Source of the DNA: Squalus acanthias
Taxonomy: Eukaryota
Assembly: GCA_030390025.1 (NCBI GenBank)
Contig: JASTWF010000358.1
Span: 310,001 to 374,000 of the forward strand
Length of the DNA: 64,000 nucleotides
Direction: 5' to 3'
Positions 20,601-33,600 of the stretch are shown here, piece after piece (position 1 is the first letter of the stretch; the number at the start of each line of letters is the position of its first letter). A program made the position numbers and the translations under genes. The notes beneath the pieces are model-generated. The model was not told where the DNA came from. It did no database searches and saw nothing but the letters and a program-made list of their open reading frames with translations.

Positions 20601-23600
20601 CCCAGAAAGAGGCAGAGTCCCAGAAAGAGGCAGAGTCCCAGAAAGAGGCAGAGTCCCAGAAAGAGGCAGAGTCCCAGAAAGAGGCAGAGTCCCAGAAAGA
20701 GGCAGAGTCCCAGAAAGAGGCAGAGTCCCAGAAAGAGGCAGAGTCCCAGAAAGAGGCAGAGTCCCAGAAAGAGGCAGAGTCCCAGAAAGAGGCAGAGTCC
20801 CAGAAAGAGGCAGAGTCCCAGAAAGAGGCAGAGTCCCAGAAAGAGGCAGAGTCCCAGAAAGAGGCAGAGTCCCAGAAAGAGGCAGAGTCCCAGAAAGAGG
20901 CAGAGTCCCAGAAAGAGGCAGAGTCCCAGAAAGAGGCAGAGTCCCAGAAAGAGGCAGAGTCCCAGAAAGAGGCAGAGTCCCAGAAAGAGGCAGAGTCCCA
21001 GAAAGAGGCAGAGTCCCAGAAAGAGGCAGAGTCCCAGAAAGAGGCAGAGTCCCAGAAAGAGGCAGAGTCCCAGAAAGAGGCAGAGTCCCAGAAAGAGGCA
21101 GAGTCCCAGAAAGAGGCAGAGTCCCAGAAAGAGGCAGAGTCCCAGAAAGAGGCAGAGTCCCAGAAAGAGGCAGAGTCCCAGAAAGAGGCAGAGTCCCAGA
21201 AAGAGGCAGAGTCCCAGAAAGAGGCAGAGTCCCAGAAAGAGGCAGAGTCCCAGAAAGAGGCAGAGTCCCAGAAAGAGGCAGAGTCCCAGAAAGAGGCAGA
21301 GTCCCAGAAAGAGGCAGAGTCCCAGAAAGAGGCAGAGTCCCAGAAAGAGGCAGAGTCCCAGAAAGAGGCAGAGTCCCAGAAAGAGGCAGAGTCCCAGAAA
21401 GAGGCAGAGTCCCAGAAAGAGGCAGAGTCCCAGAAAGAGGCAGAGTCCCAGAAAGAGGCAGAGTCCCAGAAAGAGGCAGAGTCCCAGAAAGAGGCAGAGT
21501 CCCAGAAAGAGGCAGAGTCCCAGAAAGAGGCAGAGTCCCAGAAAGAGGCAGAGTCCCAGAAAGAGGCAGAGTCCCAGAAAGAGGCAGAGTCCCAGAAAGA
21601 GGCAGAGTCCCAGAAAGAGGCAGAGTCCCAGAAAGAGGCAGAGTCCCAGAAAGAGGCAGAGTCCCAGAAAGAGGCAGAGTCCCAGAAAGAGGCAGAGTCC
21701 CAGAAAGAGGCAGAGTCCCAGAAAGAGGCAGAGTCCCAGAAAGAGGCAGAGTCCCAGAAAGAGGCAGAGTCCCAGAAAGAGGCAGAGTCCCAGAAAGAGG
21801 CAGAGTCCCAGAAAGAGGCAGAGTCCCAGAAAGAGGCAGAGTCCCAGAAAGAGGCAGAGTCCCAGAAAGAGGCAGAGTCCCAGAAAGAGGCAGAGTCCCA
21901 GAAAGAGGCAGAGTCCCAGAAAGAGGCAGAGTCCCAGAAAGAGGCAGAGTCCCAGAAAGAGGCAGAGTCCCAGAAAGAGGCAGAGTCCCAGAAAGAGGCA
22001 GAGTCCCAGAAAGAGGCAGAGTCCCAGAAAGAGGCAGAGTCCCAGAAAGAGGCAGAGTCCCAGAAAGAGGCAGAGTCCCAGAAAGAGGCAGAGTCCCAGA
22101 AAGAGGCAGAGTCCCAGAAAGAGGCAGAGTCCCAGAAAGAGGCAGAGTCCCAGAAAGAGGCAGAGTCCCAGAAAGAGGCAGAGTCCCAGAAAGAGGCAGA
22201 GTCCCAGAAAGAGGCAGAGTCCCAGAAAGAGGCAGAGTCCCAGAAAGAGGCAGAGTCCCAGAAAGAGGCAGAGTCCCAGAAAGAGGCAGAGTCCCAGAAA
22301 GAGGCAGAGTCCCAGAAAGAGGCAGAGTCCCAGAAAGAGGCAGAGTCCCAGAAAGAGGCAGAGTCCCAGAAAGAGGCAGAGTCCCAGAAAGAGGCAGAGT
22401 CCCAGAAAGAGGCAGAGTCCCAGAAAGAGGCAGAGTCCCAGAAAGAGGCAGAGTCCCAGAAAGAGGCAGAGTCCCAGAAAGAGGCAGAGTCCCAGAAAGA
22501 GGCAGAGTCCCAGAAAGAGGCAGAGTCCCAGAAAGAGGCAGAGTCCCAGAAAGAGGCAGAGTCCCAGAAAGAGGCAGAGTCCCAGAAAGAGGCAGAGTCC
22601 CAGAAAGAGGCAGAGTCCCAGAAAGAGGCAGAGTCCCAGAAAGAGGCAGAGTCCCAGAAAGAGGCAGAGTCCCAGAAAGAGGCAGAGTCCCAGAAAGAGG
22701 CAGAGTCCCAGAAAGAGGCAGAGTCCCAGAAAGAGGCAGAGTCCCAGAAAGAGGCAGAGTCCCAGAAAGAGGCAGAGTCCCAGAAAGAGGCAGAGTCCCA
22801 GAAAGAGGCAGAGTCCCAGAAAGAGGCAGAGTCCCAGAAAGAGGCAGAGTCCCAGAAAGAGGCAGAGTCCCAGAAAGAGGCAGAGTCCCAGAAAGAGGCA
22901 GAGTCCCAGAAAGAGGCAGAGTCCCAGAAAGAGGCAGAGTCCCAGAAAGAGGCAGAGTCCCAGAAAGAGGCAGAGTCCCAGAAAGAGGCAGAGTCCCAGA
23001 AAGAGGCAGAGTCCCAGAAAGAGGCAGAGTCCCAGAAAGAGGCAGAGTCCCAGAAAGAGGCAGAGTCCCAGAAAGAGGCAGAGTCCCAGAAAGAGGCAGA
23101 GTCCCAGAAAGAGGCAGAGTCCCAGAAAGAGGCAGAGTCCCAGAAAGAGGCAGAGTCCCAGAAAGAGGCAGAGTCCCAGAAAGAGGCAGAGTCCCAGAAA
23201 GAGGCAGAGTCCCAGAAAGAGGCAGAGTCCCAGAAAGAGGCAGAGTCCCAGAAAGAGGCAGAGTCCCAGAAAGAGGCAGAGTCCCAGAAAGAGGCAGAGT
23301 CCCAGAAAGAGGCAGAGTCCCAGAAAGAGGCAGAGTCCCAGAAAGAGGCAGAGTCCCAGAAAGAGGCAGAGTCCCAGAAAGAGGCAGAGTCCCAGAAAGA
23401 GGCAGAGTCCCAGAAAGAGGCAGAGTCCCAGAAAGAGGCAGAGTCCCAGAAAGAGGCAGAGTCCCAGAAAGAGGCAGAGTCCCAGAAAGAGGCAGAGTCC
23501 CAGAAAGAGGCAGAGTCCCAGAAAGAGGCAGAGTCCCAGAAAGAGGCAGAGTCCCAGAAAGAGGCAGAGTCCCAGAAAGAGGCAGAGTCCCAGAAAGAGG

Positions 23601-26600
23601 CAGAGTCCCAGAAAGAGGCAGAGTCCCAGAAAGAGGCAGAGTCCCAGAAAGAGGCAGAGTCCCAGAAAGAGGCAGAGTCCCAGAAAGAGGCAGAGTCCCA
23701 GAAAGAGGCAGAGTCCCAGAAAGAGGCAGAGTCCCAGAAAGAGGCAGAGTCCCAGAAAGAGGCAGAGTCCCAGAAAGAGGCAGAGTCCCAGAAAGAGGCA
23801 GAGTCCCAGAAAGAGGCAGAGTCCCAGAAAGAGGCAGAGTCCCAGAAAGAGGCAGAGTCCCAGAAAGAGGCAGAGTCCCAGAAAGAGGCAGAGTCCCAGA
23901 AAGAGGCAGAGTCCCAGAAAGAGGCAGAGTCCCAGAAAGAGGCAGAGTCCCAGAAAGAGGCAGAGTCCCAGAAAGAGGCAGAGTCCCAGAAAGAGGCAGA
24001 GTCCCAGAAAGAGGCAGAGTCCCAGAAAGAGGCAGAGTCCCAGAAAGAGGCAGAGTCCCAGAAAGAGGCAGAGTCCCAGAAAGAGGCAGAGTCCCAGAAA
24101 GAGGCAGAGTCCCAGAAAGAGGCAGAGTCCCAGAAAGAGGCAGAGTCCCAGAAAGAGGCAGAGTCCCAGAAAGAGGCAGAGTCCCAGAAAGAGGCAGAGT
24201 CCCAGAAAGAGGCAGAGTCCCAGAAAGAGGCAGAGTCCCAGAAAGAGGCAGAGTCCCAGAAAGAGGCAGAGTCCCAGAAAGAGGCAGAGTCCCAGAAAGA
24301 GGCAGAGTCCCAGAAAGAGGCAGAGTCCCAGAAAGAGGCAGAGTCCCAGAAAGAGGCAGAGTCCCAGAAAGAGGCAGAGTCCCAGAAAGAGGCAGAGTCC
24401 CAGAAAGAGGCAGAGTCCCAGAAAGAGGCAGAGTCCCAGAAAGAGGCAGAGTCCCAGAAAGAGGCAGAGTCCCAGAAAGAGGCAGAGTCCCAGAAAGAGG
24501 CAGAGTCCCAGAAAGAGGCAGAGTCCCAGAAAGAGGCAGAGTCCCAGAAAGAGGCAGAGTCCCAGAAAGAGGCAGAGTCCCAGAAAGAGGCAGAGTCCCA
24601 GAAAGAGGCAGAGTCCCAGAAAGAGGCAGAGTCCCAGAAAGAGGCAGAGTCCCAGAAAGAGGCAGAGTCCCAGAAAGAGGCAGAGTCCCAGAAAGAGGCA
24701 GAGTCCCAGAAAGAGGCAGAGTCCCAGAAAGAGGCAGAGTCCCAGAAAGAGGCAGAGTCCCAGAAAGAGGCAGAGTCCCAGAAAGAGGCAGAGTCCCAGA
24801 AAGAGGCAGAGTCCCAGAAAGAGGCAGAGTCCCAGAAAGAGGCAGAGTCCCAGAAAGAGGCAGAGTCCCAGAAAGAGGCAGAGTCCCAGAAAGAGGCAGA
24901 GTCCCAGAAAGAGGCAGAGTCCCAGAAAGAGGCAGAGTCCCAGAAAGAGGCAGAGTCCCAGAAAGAGGCAGAGTCCCAGAAAGAGGCAGAGTCCCAGAAA
25001 GAGGCAGAGTCCCAGAAAGAGGCAGAGTCCCAGAAAGAGGCAGAGTCCCAGAAAGAGGCAGAGTCCCAGAAAGAGGCAGAGTCCCAGAAAGAGGCAGAGT
25101 CCCAGAAAGAGGCAGAGTCCCAGAAAGAGGCAGAGTCCCAGAAAGAGGCAGAGTCCCAGAAAGAGGCAGAGTCCCAGAAAGAGGCAGAGTCCCAGAAAGA
25201 GGCAGAGTCCCAGAAAGAGGCAGAGTCCCAGAAAGAGGCAGAGTCCCAGAAAGAGGCAGAGTCCCAGAAAGAGGCAGAGTCCCAGAAAGAGGCAGAGTCC
25301 CAGAAAGAGGCAGAGTCCCAGAAAGAGGCAGAGTCCCAGAAAGAGGCAGAGTCCCAGAAAGAGGCAGAGTCCCAGAAAGAGGCAGAGTCCCAGAAAGAGG
25401 CAGAGTCCCAGAAAGAGGCAGAGTCCCAGAAAGAGGCAGAGTCCCAGAAAGAGGCAGAGTCCCAGAAAGAGGCAGAGTCCCAGAAAGAGGCAGAGTCCCA
25501 GAAAGAGGCAGAGTCCCAGAAAGAGGCAGAGTCCCAGAAAGAGGCAGAGTCCCAGAAAGAGGCAGAGTCCCAGAAAGAGGCAGAGTCCCAGAAAGAGGCA
25601 GAGTCCCAGAAAGAGGCAGAGTCCCAGAAAGAGGCAGAGTCCCAGAAAGAGGCAGAGTCCCAGAAAGAGGCAGAGTCCCAGAAAGAGGCAGAGTCCCAGA
25701 AAGAGGCAGAGTCCCAGAAAGAGGCAGAGTCCCAGAAAGAGGCAGAGTCCCAGAAAGAGGCAGAGTCCCAGAAAGAGGCAGAGTCCCAGAAAGAGGCAGA
25801 GTCCCAGAAAGAGGCAGAGTCCCAGAAAGAGGCAGAGTCCCAGAAAGAGGCAGAGTCCCAGAAAGAGGCAGAGTCCCAGAAAGAGGCAGAGTCCCAGAAA
25901 GAGGCAGAGTCCCAGAAAGAGGCAGAGTCCCAGAAAGAGGCAGAGTCCCAGAAAGAGGCAGAGTCCCAGAAAGAGGCAGAGTCCCAGAAAGAGGCAGAGT
26001 CCCAGAAAGAGGCAGAGTCCCAGAAAGAGGCAGAGTCCCAGAAAGAGGCAGAGTCCCAGAAAGAGGCAGAGTCCCAGAAAGAGGCAGAGTCCCAGAAAGA
26101 GGCAGAGTCCCAGAAAGAGGCAGAGTCCCAGAAAGAGGCAGAGTCCCAGAAAGAGGCAGAGTCCCAGAAAGAGGCAGAGTCCCAGAAAGAGGCAGAGTCC
26201 CAGAAAGAGGCAGAGTCCCAGAAAGAGGCAGAGTCCCAGAAAGAGGCAGAGTCCCAGAAAGAGGCAGAGTCCCAGAAAGAGGCAGAGTCCCAGAAAGAGG
26301 CAGAGTCCCAGAAAGAGGCAGAGTCCCAGAAAGAGGCAGAGTCCCAGAAAGAGGCAGAGTCCCAGAAAGAGGCAGAGTCCCAGAAAGAGGCAGAGTCCCA
26401 GAAAGAGGCAGAGTCCCAGAAAGAGGCAGAGTCCCAGAAAGAGGCAGAGTCCCAGAAAGAGGCAGAGTCCCAGAAAGAGGCAGAGTCCCAGAAAGAGGCA
26501 GAGTCCCAGAAAGAGGCAGAGTCCCAGAAAGAGGCAGAGTCCCAGAAAGAGGCAGAGTCCCAGAAAGAGGCAGAGTCCCAGAAAGAGGCAGAGTCCCAGA

Positions 26601-29600
26601 AAGAGGCAGAGTCCCAGAAAGAGGCAGAGTCCCAGAAAGAGGCAGAGTCCCAGAAAGAGGCAGAGTCCCAGAAAGAGGCAGAGTCCCAGAAAGAGGCAGA
26701 GTCCCAGAAAGAGGCAGAGTCCCAGAAAGAGGCAGAGTCCCAGAAAGAGGCAGAGTCCCAGAAAGAGGCAGAGTCCCAGAAAGAGGCAGAGTCCCAGAAA
26801 GAGGCAGAGTCCCAGAAAGAGGCAGAGTCCCAGAAAGAGGCAGAGTCCCAGAAAGAGGCAGAGTCCCAGAAAGAGGCAGAGTCCCAGAAAGAGGCAGAGT
26901 CCCAGAAAGAGGCAGAGTCCCAGAAAGAGGCAGAGTCCCAGAAAGAGGCAGAGTCCCAGAAAGAGGCAGAGTCCCAGAAAGAGGCAGAGTCCCAGAAAGA
27001 GGCAGAGTCCCAGAAAGAGGCAGAGTCCCAGAAAGAGGCAGAGTCCCAGAAAGAGGCAGAGTCCCAGAAAGAGGCAGAGTCCCAGAAAGAGGCAGAGTCC
27101 CAGAAAGAGGCAGAGTCCCAGAAAGAGGCAGAGTCCCAGAAAGAGGCAGAGTCCCAGAAAGAGGCAGAGTCCCAGAAAGAGGCAGAGTCCCAGAAAGAGG
27201 CAGAGTCCCAGAAAGAGGCAGAGTCCCAGAAAGAGGCAGAGTCCCAGAAAGAGGCAGAGTCCCAGAAAGAGGCAGAGTCCCAGAAAGAGGCAGAGTCCCA
27301 GAAAGAGGCAGAGTCCCAGAAAGAGGCAGAGTCCCAGAAAGAGGCAGAGTCCCAGAAAGAGGCAGAGTCCCAGAAAGAGGCAGAGTCCCAGAAAGAGGCA
27401 GAGTCCCAGAAAGAGGCAGAGTCCCAGAAAGAGGCAGAGTCCCAGAAAGAGGCAGAGTCCCAGAAAGAGGCAGAGTCCCAGAAAGAGGCAGAGTCCCAGA
27501 AAGAGGCAGAGTCCCAGAAAGAGGCAGAGTCCCAGAAAGAGGCAGAGTCCCAGAAAGAGGCAGAGTCCCAGAAAGAGGCAGAGTCCCAGAAAGAGGCAGA
27601 GTCCCAGAAAGAGGCAGAGTCCCAGAAAGAGGCAGAGTCCCAGAAAGAGGCAGAGTCCCAGAAAGAGGCAGAGTCCCAGAAAGAGGCAGAGTCCCAGAAA
27701 GAGGCAGAGTCCCAGAAAGAGGCAGAGTCCCAGAAAGAGGCAGAGTCCCAGAAAGAGGCAGAGTCCCAGAAAGAGGCAGAGTCCCAGAAAGAGGCAGAGT
27801 CCCAGAAAGAGGCAGAGTCCCAGAAAGAGGCAGAGTCCCAGAAAGAGGCAGAGTCCCAGAAAGAGGCAGAGTCCCAGAAAGAGGCAGAGTCCCAGAAAGA
27901 GGCAGAGTCCCAGAAAGAGGCAGAGTCCCAGAAAGAGGCAGAGTCCCAGAAAGAGGCAGAGTCCCAGAAAGAGGCAGAGTCCCAGAAAGAGGCAGAGTCC
28001 CAGAAAGAGGCAGAGTCCCAGAAAGAGGCAGAGTCCCAGAAAGAGGCAGAGTCCCAGAAAGAGGCAGAGTCCCAGAAAGAGGCAGAGTCCCAGAAAGAGG
28101 CAGAGTCCCAGAAAGAGGCAGAGTCCCAGAAAGAGGCAGAGTCCCAGAAAGAGGCAGAGTCCCAGAAAGAGGCAGAGTCCCAGAAAGAGGCAGAGTCCCA
28201 GAAAGAGGCAGAGTCCCAGAAAGAGGCAGAGTCCCAGAAAGAGGCAGAGTCCCAGAAAGAGGCAGAGTCCCAGAAAGAGGCAGAGTCCCAGAAAGAGGCA
28301 GAGTCCCAGAAAGAGGCAGAGTCCCAGAAAGAGGCAGAGTCCCAGAAAGAGGCAGAGTCCCAGAAAGAGGCAGAGTCCCAGAAAGAGGCAGAGTCCCAGA
28401 AAGAGGCAGAGTCCCAGAAAGAGGCAGAGTCCCAGAAAGAGGCAGAGTCCCAGAAAGAGGCAGAGTCCCAGAAAGAGGCAGAGTCCCAGAAAGAGGCAGA
28501 GTCCCAGAAAGAGGCAGAGTCCCAGAAAGAGGCAGAGTCCCAGAAAGAGGCAGAGTCCCAGAAAGAGGCAGAGTCCCAGAAAGAGGCAGAGTCCCAGAAA
28601 GAGGCAGAGTCCCAGAAAGAGGCAGAGTCCCAGAAAGAGGCAGAGTCCCAGAAAGAGGCAGAGTCCCAGAAAGAGGCAGAGTCCCAGAAAGAGGCAGAGT
28701 CCCAGAAAGAGGCAGAGTCCCAGAAAGAGGCAGAGTCCCAGAAAGAGGCAGAGTCCCAGAAAGAGGCAGAGTCCCAGAAAGAGGCAGAGTCCCAGAAAGA
28801 GGCAGAGTCCCAGAAAGAGGCAGAGTCCCAGAAAGAGGCAGAGTCCCAGAAAGAGGCAGAGTCCCAGAAAGAGGCAGAGTCCCAGAAAGAGGCAGAGTCC
28901 CAGAAAGAGGCAGAGTCCCAGAAAGAGGCAGAGTCCCAGAAAGAGGCAGAGTCCCAGAAAGAGGCAGAGTCCCAGAAAGAGGCAGAGTCCCAGAAAGAGG
29001 CAGAGTCCCAGAAAGAGGCAGAGTCCCAGAAAGAGGCAGAGTCCCAGAAAGAGGCAGAGTCCCAGAAAGAGGCAGAGTCCCAGAAAGAGGCAGAGTCCCA
29101 GAAAGAGAGACAGAGTCCCAGAAAGAGGCAGAGTCCCAGAAAGAGGCAGAGTCCCAGAAAGAGGCAGAGTCCCAGAAAGAGGCAGAGTCCCAGAAAGAGG
29201 CAGAGTCCCAGAAAGAGGCAGAGTCCCAGAAAGAGGCAGAGTCCCAGAAAGAGGCAGAGTCCCAGAAAGAGGCAGAGTCCCAGAAAGAGGCAGAGTCCCA
29301 GAAAGAGGCAGAGTCCCAGAAAGAGGCAGAGTCCCAGAAAGAGGCAGAGTCCCAGAAAGAGGCAGAGTCCCAGAAAGAGGCAGAGTCCCAGAAAGAGGCA
29401 GAGTCCCAGAAAGAGGCAGAGTCCCAGAAAGAGGCAGAGTCCCAGAAAGAGGCAGAGTCCCAGAAAGAGGCAGAGTCCCAGAAAGAGGCAGAGTCCCAGA
29501 AAGAGGCAGAGTCCCAGAAAGAGGCAGAGTCCCAGAAAGAGGCAGAGTCCCAGAAAGAGGCAGAGTCCCAGAAAGAGGCAGAGTCCCAGAAAGAGGCAGA

Positions 29601-30108
29601 GTCCCAGAAAGAGGCAGAGTCCCAGAAAGAGCAGAGTCCCAGAGAGAGGCAGAGTCCCAGAAAGAGGCAGAGTCCCAGAAAGAGGCAGAGTCCCAGAGAG
29701 AGGCAGAGTCCCAGAAAGAGGCAGAGTCCCAGAAGAGGCAGAGTCCCAGAAAGAGGCAGAGTCCCAGATAGAGGCAGAGTCCCAGAAAGAGGCAGAGTCC
29801 AGAAAGAGGCAGAGTCCCAGAAAGAGGCAGAGTCCCAGAAAGAGGCAGAGTCCCAGAAAGAGGCAGAGTCCCAGAAAGAGGCAGAGTCCCAGAAGAGGAC
29901 AGAGTCCCAGAAAGAGGCAGAGTCCCAGAAAGAGGCAGAGTCCCAGAAAGAGGCAGAGTCCCAGAAAGAGGCAGAGTCCCAGAAAGAGGCAGAGTCCCAG
30001 AAAGAGGCAGAGTCCAGAAAGAGGCAGAGTCCCAGAAAGAGGCAGAGTCCCAGAAAGAGGCAGAGTCCCAGAAAGAGGCAGAGTCCCAGAAAGAGGCAGA
30101 GTCCCAGA
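17666..30108 (+). repeat. Near-perfect tandem array of the 18-mer GAAAGAGGCAGAGTCCCA (about 690 copies)
   Basis: Direct reading; essentially invariant from about 18125 to 29105, with rare indels near the ends. Confidence 0.95.
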
Positions 30109-30620
30109 GAGAGGCAGAGTCCCAGAGAGAGGCAGAGTACCAGAGAGACTGAGTCCCAGAGAGAAGCAGAGTCTCAGAGAGACAGTGTCCCAGAGTGAGG
30201 CAGAGTCCCAGAGAGACAGGGTCCCAGATAGAGGCAGAGTCCCAGAGAGATAGAGTCTCAGAGAGGACCAGTGTCCCAGAGAGACAGTGTTCCATAAAGA
30301 GGCAGAGTCCCAGAGACACAGAGTCCCAGAGAGAGAGAGAGATAGTCCCAGATAAACAGAGTGCCAGAGAGTGAGAAGGTCCCAGAGAGACAGCTTCACA
30401 CAGTGACGGAGTCCCAGAGAGAGGCAGACTCCCAGAAAGACAGAGTACCATAAACAGGCAGAGTCCCAGAGAGACAGTGTCCCACGGATAGGCTGAGGCC
30501 CGGAGAGACAGAGTCCAAGAGAAAGGTAGAGTCCCAGAGATAGAGAGTCCCAGAGAGAGAGAGTCCCAAGAGAGACAGAGTCCCAGAGAGCGAGAGAGTC
30601 CCAGAGAGACAGAGTCCCAT
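30109..30620 (+). repeat. Island of diverged higher-order satellite inside the pure array
   Basis: Closely matches about 15190-15720 (gtaccagagagactgag, gtgagaaggtccc, cagcttcacacagtgacgg, ggctgaggcccgg). Confidence 0.85.
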
Positions 30621-33600
30621 AAAGAGGCAGAGTCCCAGAAAGAGGCAGAGTCCCAGAAAGAGGCAGAGTCCCAGAAAGAGGCAGAGTCCCAGAAAGAGGC
30701 AGAGTCCCAGAAAGAGGCAGAGTCCCAGAAAGAGGCAGAGTCCCAGAAAGAGGCAGAGTCCCAGAAAGAGGCAGAGTCCCAGAAAGAGGCAGAGTCCCAG
30801 AAAGAGGCAGAGTCCCAGAAAGAGGCAGAGTCCCAGAAAGAGGCAGAGTCCCAGAAAGAGGCAGAGTCCCAGAAAGAGGCAGAGTCCCAGAAAGAGGCAG
30901 AGTCCCAGAAAGAGGCAGAGTCCCAGAAAGAGGCAGAGTCCCAGAAAGAGGCAGAGTCCCAGAAAGAGGCAGAGTCCCAGAAAGAGGCAGAGTCCCAGAA
31001 AGAGGCAGAGTCCCAGAAAGAGGCAGAGTCCCAGAAAGAGGCAGAGTCCCAGAAAGAGGCAGAGTCCCAGAAAGAGGCAGAGTCCCAGAAAGAGGCAGAG
31101 TCCCAGAAAGAGGCAGAGTCCCAGAAAGAGGCAGAGTCCCAGAAAGAGGCAGAGTCCCAGAAAGAGGCAGAGTCCCAGAAAGAGGCAGAGTCCCAGAAAG
31201 AGGCAGAGTCCCAGAAAGAGGCAGAGTCCCAGAAAGAGGCAGAGTCCCAGAAAGAGGCAGAGTCCCAGAAAGAGGCAGAGTCCCAGAAAGAGGCAGAGTC
31301 CCAGAAAGAGGCAGAGTCCCAGAAAGAGGCAGAGTCCCAGAAAGAGGCAGAGTCCCAGAAAGAGGCAGAGTCCCAGAAAGAGGCAGAGTCCCAGAAAGAG
31401 GCAGAGTCCCAGAAAGAGGCAGAGTCCCAGAAAGAGGCAGAGTCCCAGAAAGAGGCAGAGTCCCAGAAAGAGGCAGAGTCCCAGAAAGAGGCAGAGTCCC
31501 AGAAAGAGGCAGAGTCCCAGAAAGAGGCAGAGTCCCAGAAAGAGGCAGAGTCCCAGAAAGAGGCAGAGTCCCAGAAAGAGGCAGAGTCCCAGAAAGAGGC
31601 AGAGTCCCAGAAAGAGGCAGAGTCCCAGAAAGAGGCAGAGTCCCAGAAAGAGGCAGAGTCCCAGAAAGAGGCAGAGTCCCAGAAAGAGGCAGAGTCCCAG
31701 AAAGAGGCAGAGTCCCAGAAAGAGGCAGAGTCCCAGAAAGAGGCAGAGTCCCAGAAAGAGGCAGAGTCCCAGAAAGAGGCAGAGTCCCAGAAAGAGGCAG
31801 AGTCCCAGAAAGAGGCAGAGTCCCAGAAAGAGGCAGAGTCCCAGAAAGAGGCAGAGTCCCAGAAAGAGGCAGAGTCCCAGAAAGAGGCAGAGTCCCAGAA
31901 AGAGGCAGAGTCCCAGAAAGAGGCAGAGTCCCAGAAAGAGGCAGAGTCCCAGAAAGAGGCAGAGTCCCAGAAAGAGGCAGAGTCCCAGAAAGAGGCAGAG
32001 TCCCAGAAAGAGGCAGAGTCCCAGAAAGAGGCAGAGTCCCAGAAAGAGGCAGAGTCCCAGAAAGAGGCAGAGTCCCAGAAAGAGGCAGAGTCCCAGAAAG
32101 AGGCAGAGTCCCAGAAAGAGGCAGAGTCCCAGAAAGAGGCAGAGTCCCAGAAAGAGGCAGAGTCCCAGAAAGAGGCAGAGTCCCAGAAAGAGGCAGAGTC
32201 CCAGAAAGAGGCAGAGTCCCAGAAAGAGGCAGAGTCCCAGAAAGAGGCAGAGTCCCAGAAAGAGGCAGAGTCCCAGAAAGAGGCAGAGTCCCAGAAAGAG
32301 GCAGAGTCCCAGAAAGAGGCAGAGTCCCAGAAAGAGGCAGAGTCCCAGAAAGAGGCAGAGTCCCAGAAAGAGGCAGAGTCCCAGAAAGAGGCAGAGTCCC
32401 AGAAAGAGGCAGAGTCCCAGAAAGAGGCAGAGTCCCAGAAAGAGGCAGAGTCCCAGAAAGAGGCAGAGTCCCAGAAAGAGGCAGAGTCCCAGAAAGAGGC
32501 AGAGTCCCAGAAAGAGGCAGAGTCCCAGAAAGAGGCAGAGTCCCAGAAAGAGGCAGAGTCCCAGAAAGAGGCAGAGTCCCAGAAAGAGGCAGAGTCCCAG
32601 AAAGAGGCAGAGTCCCAGAAAGAGGCAGAGTCCCAGAAAGAGGCAGAGTCCCAGAAAGAGGCAGAGTCCCAGAAAGAGGCAGAGTCCCAGAAAGAGGCAG
32701 AGTCCCAGAAAGAGGCAGAGTCCCAGAAAGAGGCAGAGTCCCAGAAAGAGGCAGAGTCCCAGAAAGAGGCAGAGTCCCAGAAAGAGGCAGAGTCCCAGAA
32801 AGAGGCAGAGTCCCAGAAAGAGGCAGAGTCCCAGAAAGAGGCAGAGTCCCAGAAAGAGGCAGAGTCCCAGAAAGAGGCAGAGTCCCAGAAAGAGGCAGAG
32901 TCCCAGAAAGAGGCAGAGTCCCAGAAAGAGGCAGAGTCCCAGAAAGAGGCAGAGTCCCAGAAAGAGGCAGAGTCCCAGAAAGAGGCAGAGTCCCAGAAAG
33001 AGGCAGAGTCCCAGAAAGAGGCAGAGTCCCAGAAAGAGGCAGAGTCCCAGAAAGAGGCAGAGTCCCAGAAAGAGGCAGAGTCCCAGAAAGAGGCAGAGTC
33101 CCAGAAAGAGGCAGAGTCCCAGAAAGAGGCAGAGTCCCAGAAAGAGGCAGAGTCCCAGAAAGAGGCAGAGTCCCAGAAAGAGGCAGAGTCCCAGAAAGAG
33201 GCAGAGTCCCAGAAAGAGGCAGAGTCCCAGAAAGAGGCAGAGTCCCAGAAAGAGGCAGAGTCCCAGAAAGAGGCAGAGTCCCAGAAAGAGGCAGAGTCCC
33301 AGAAAGAGGCAGAGTCCCAGAAAGAGGCAGAGTCCCAGAAAGAGGCAGAGTCCCAGAAAGAGGCAGAGTCCCAGAAAGAGGCAGAGTCCCAGAAAGAGGC
33401 AGAGTCCCAGAAAGAGGCAGAGTCCCAGAAAGAGGCAGAGTCCCAGAAAGAGGCAGAGTCCCAGAAAGAGGCAGAGTCCCAGAAAGAGGCAGAGTCCCAG
33501 AAAGAGGCAGAGTCCCAGAAAGAGGCAGAGTCCCAGAAAGAGGCAGAGTCCCAGAAAGAGGCAGAGTCCCAGAAAGAGGCAGAGTCCCAGAAAGAGGCAG

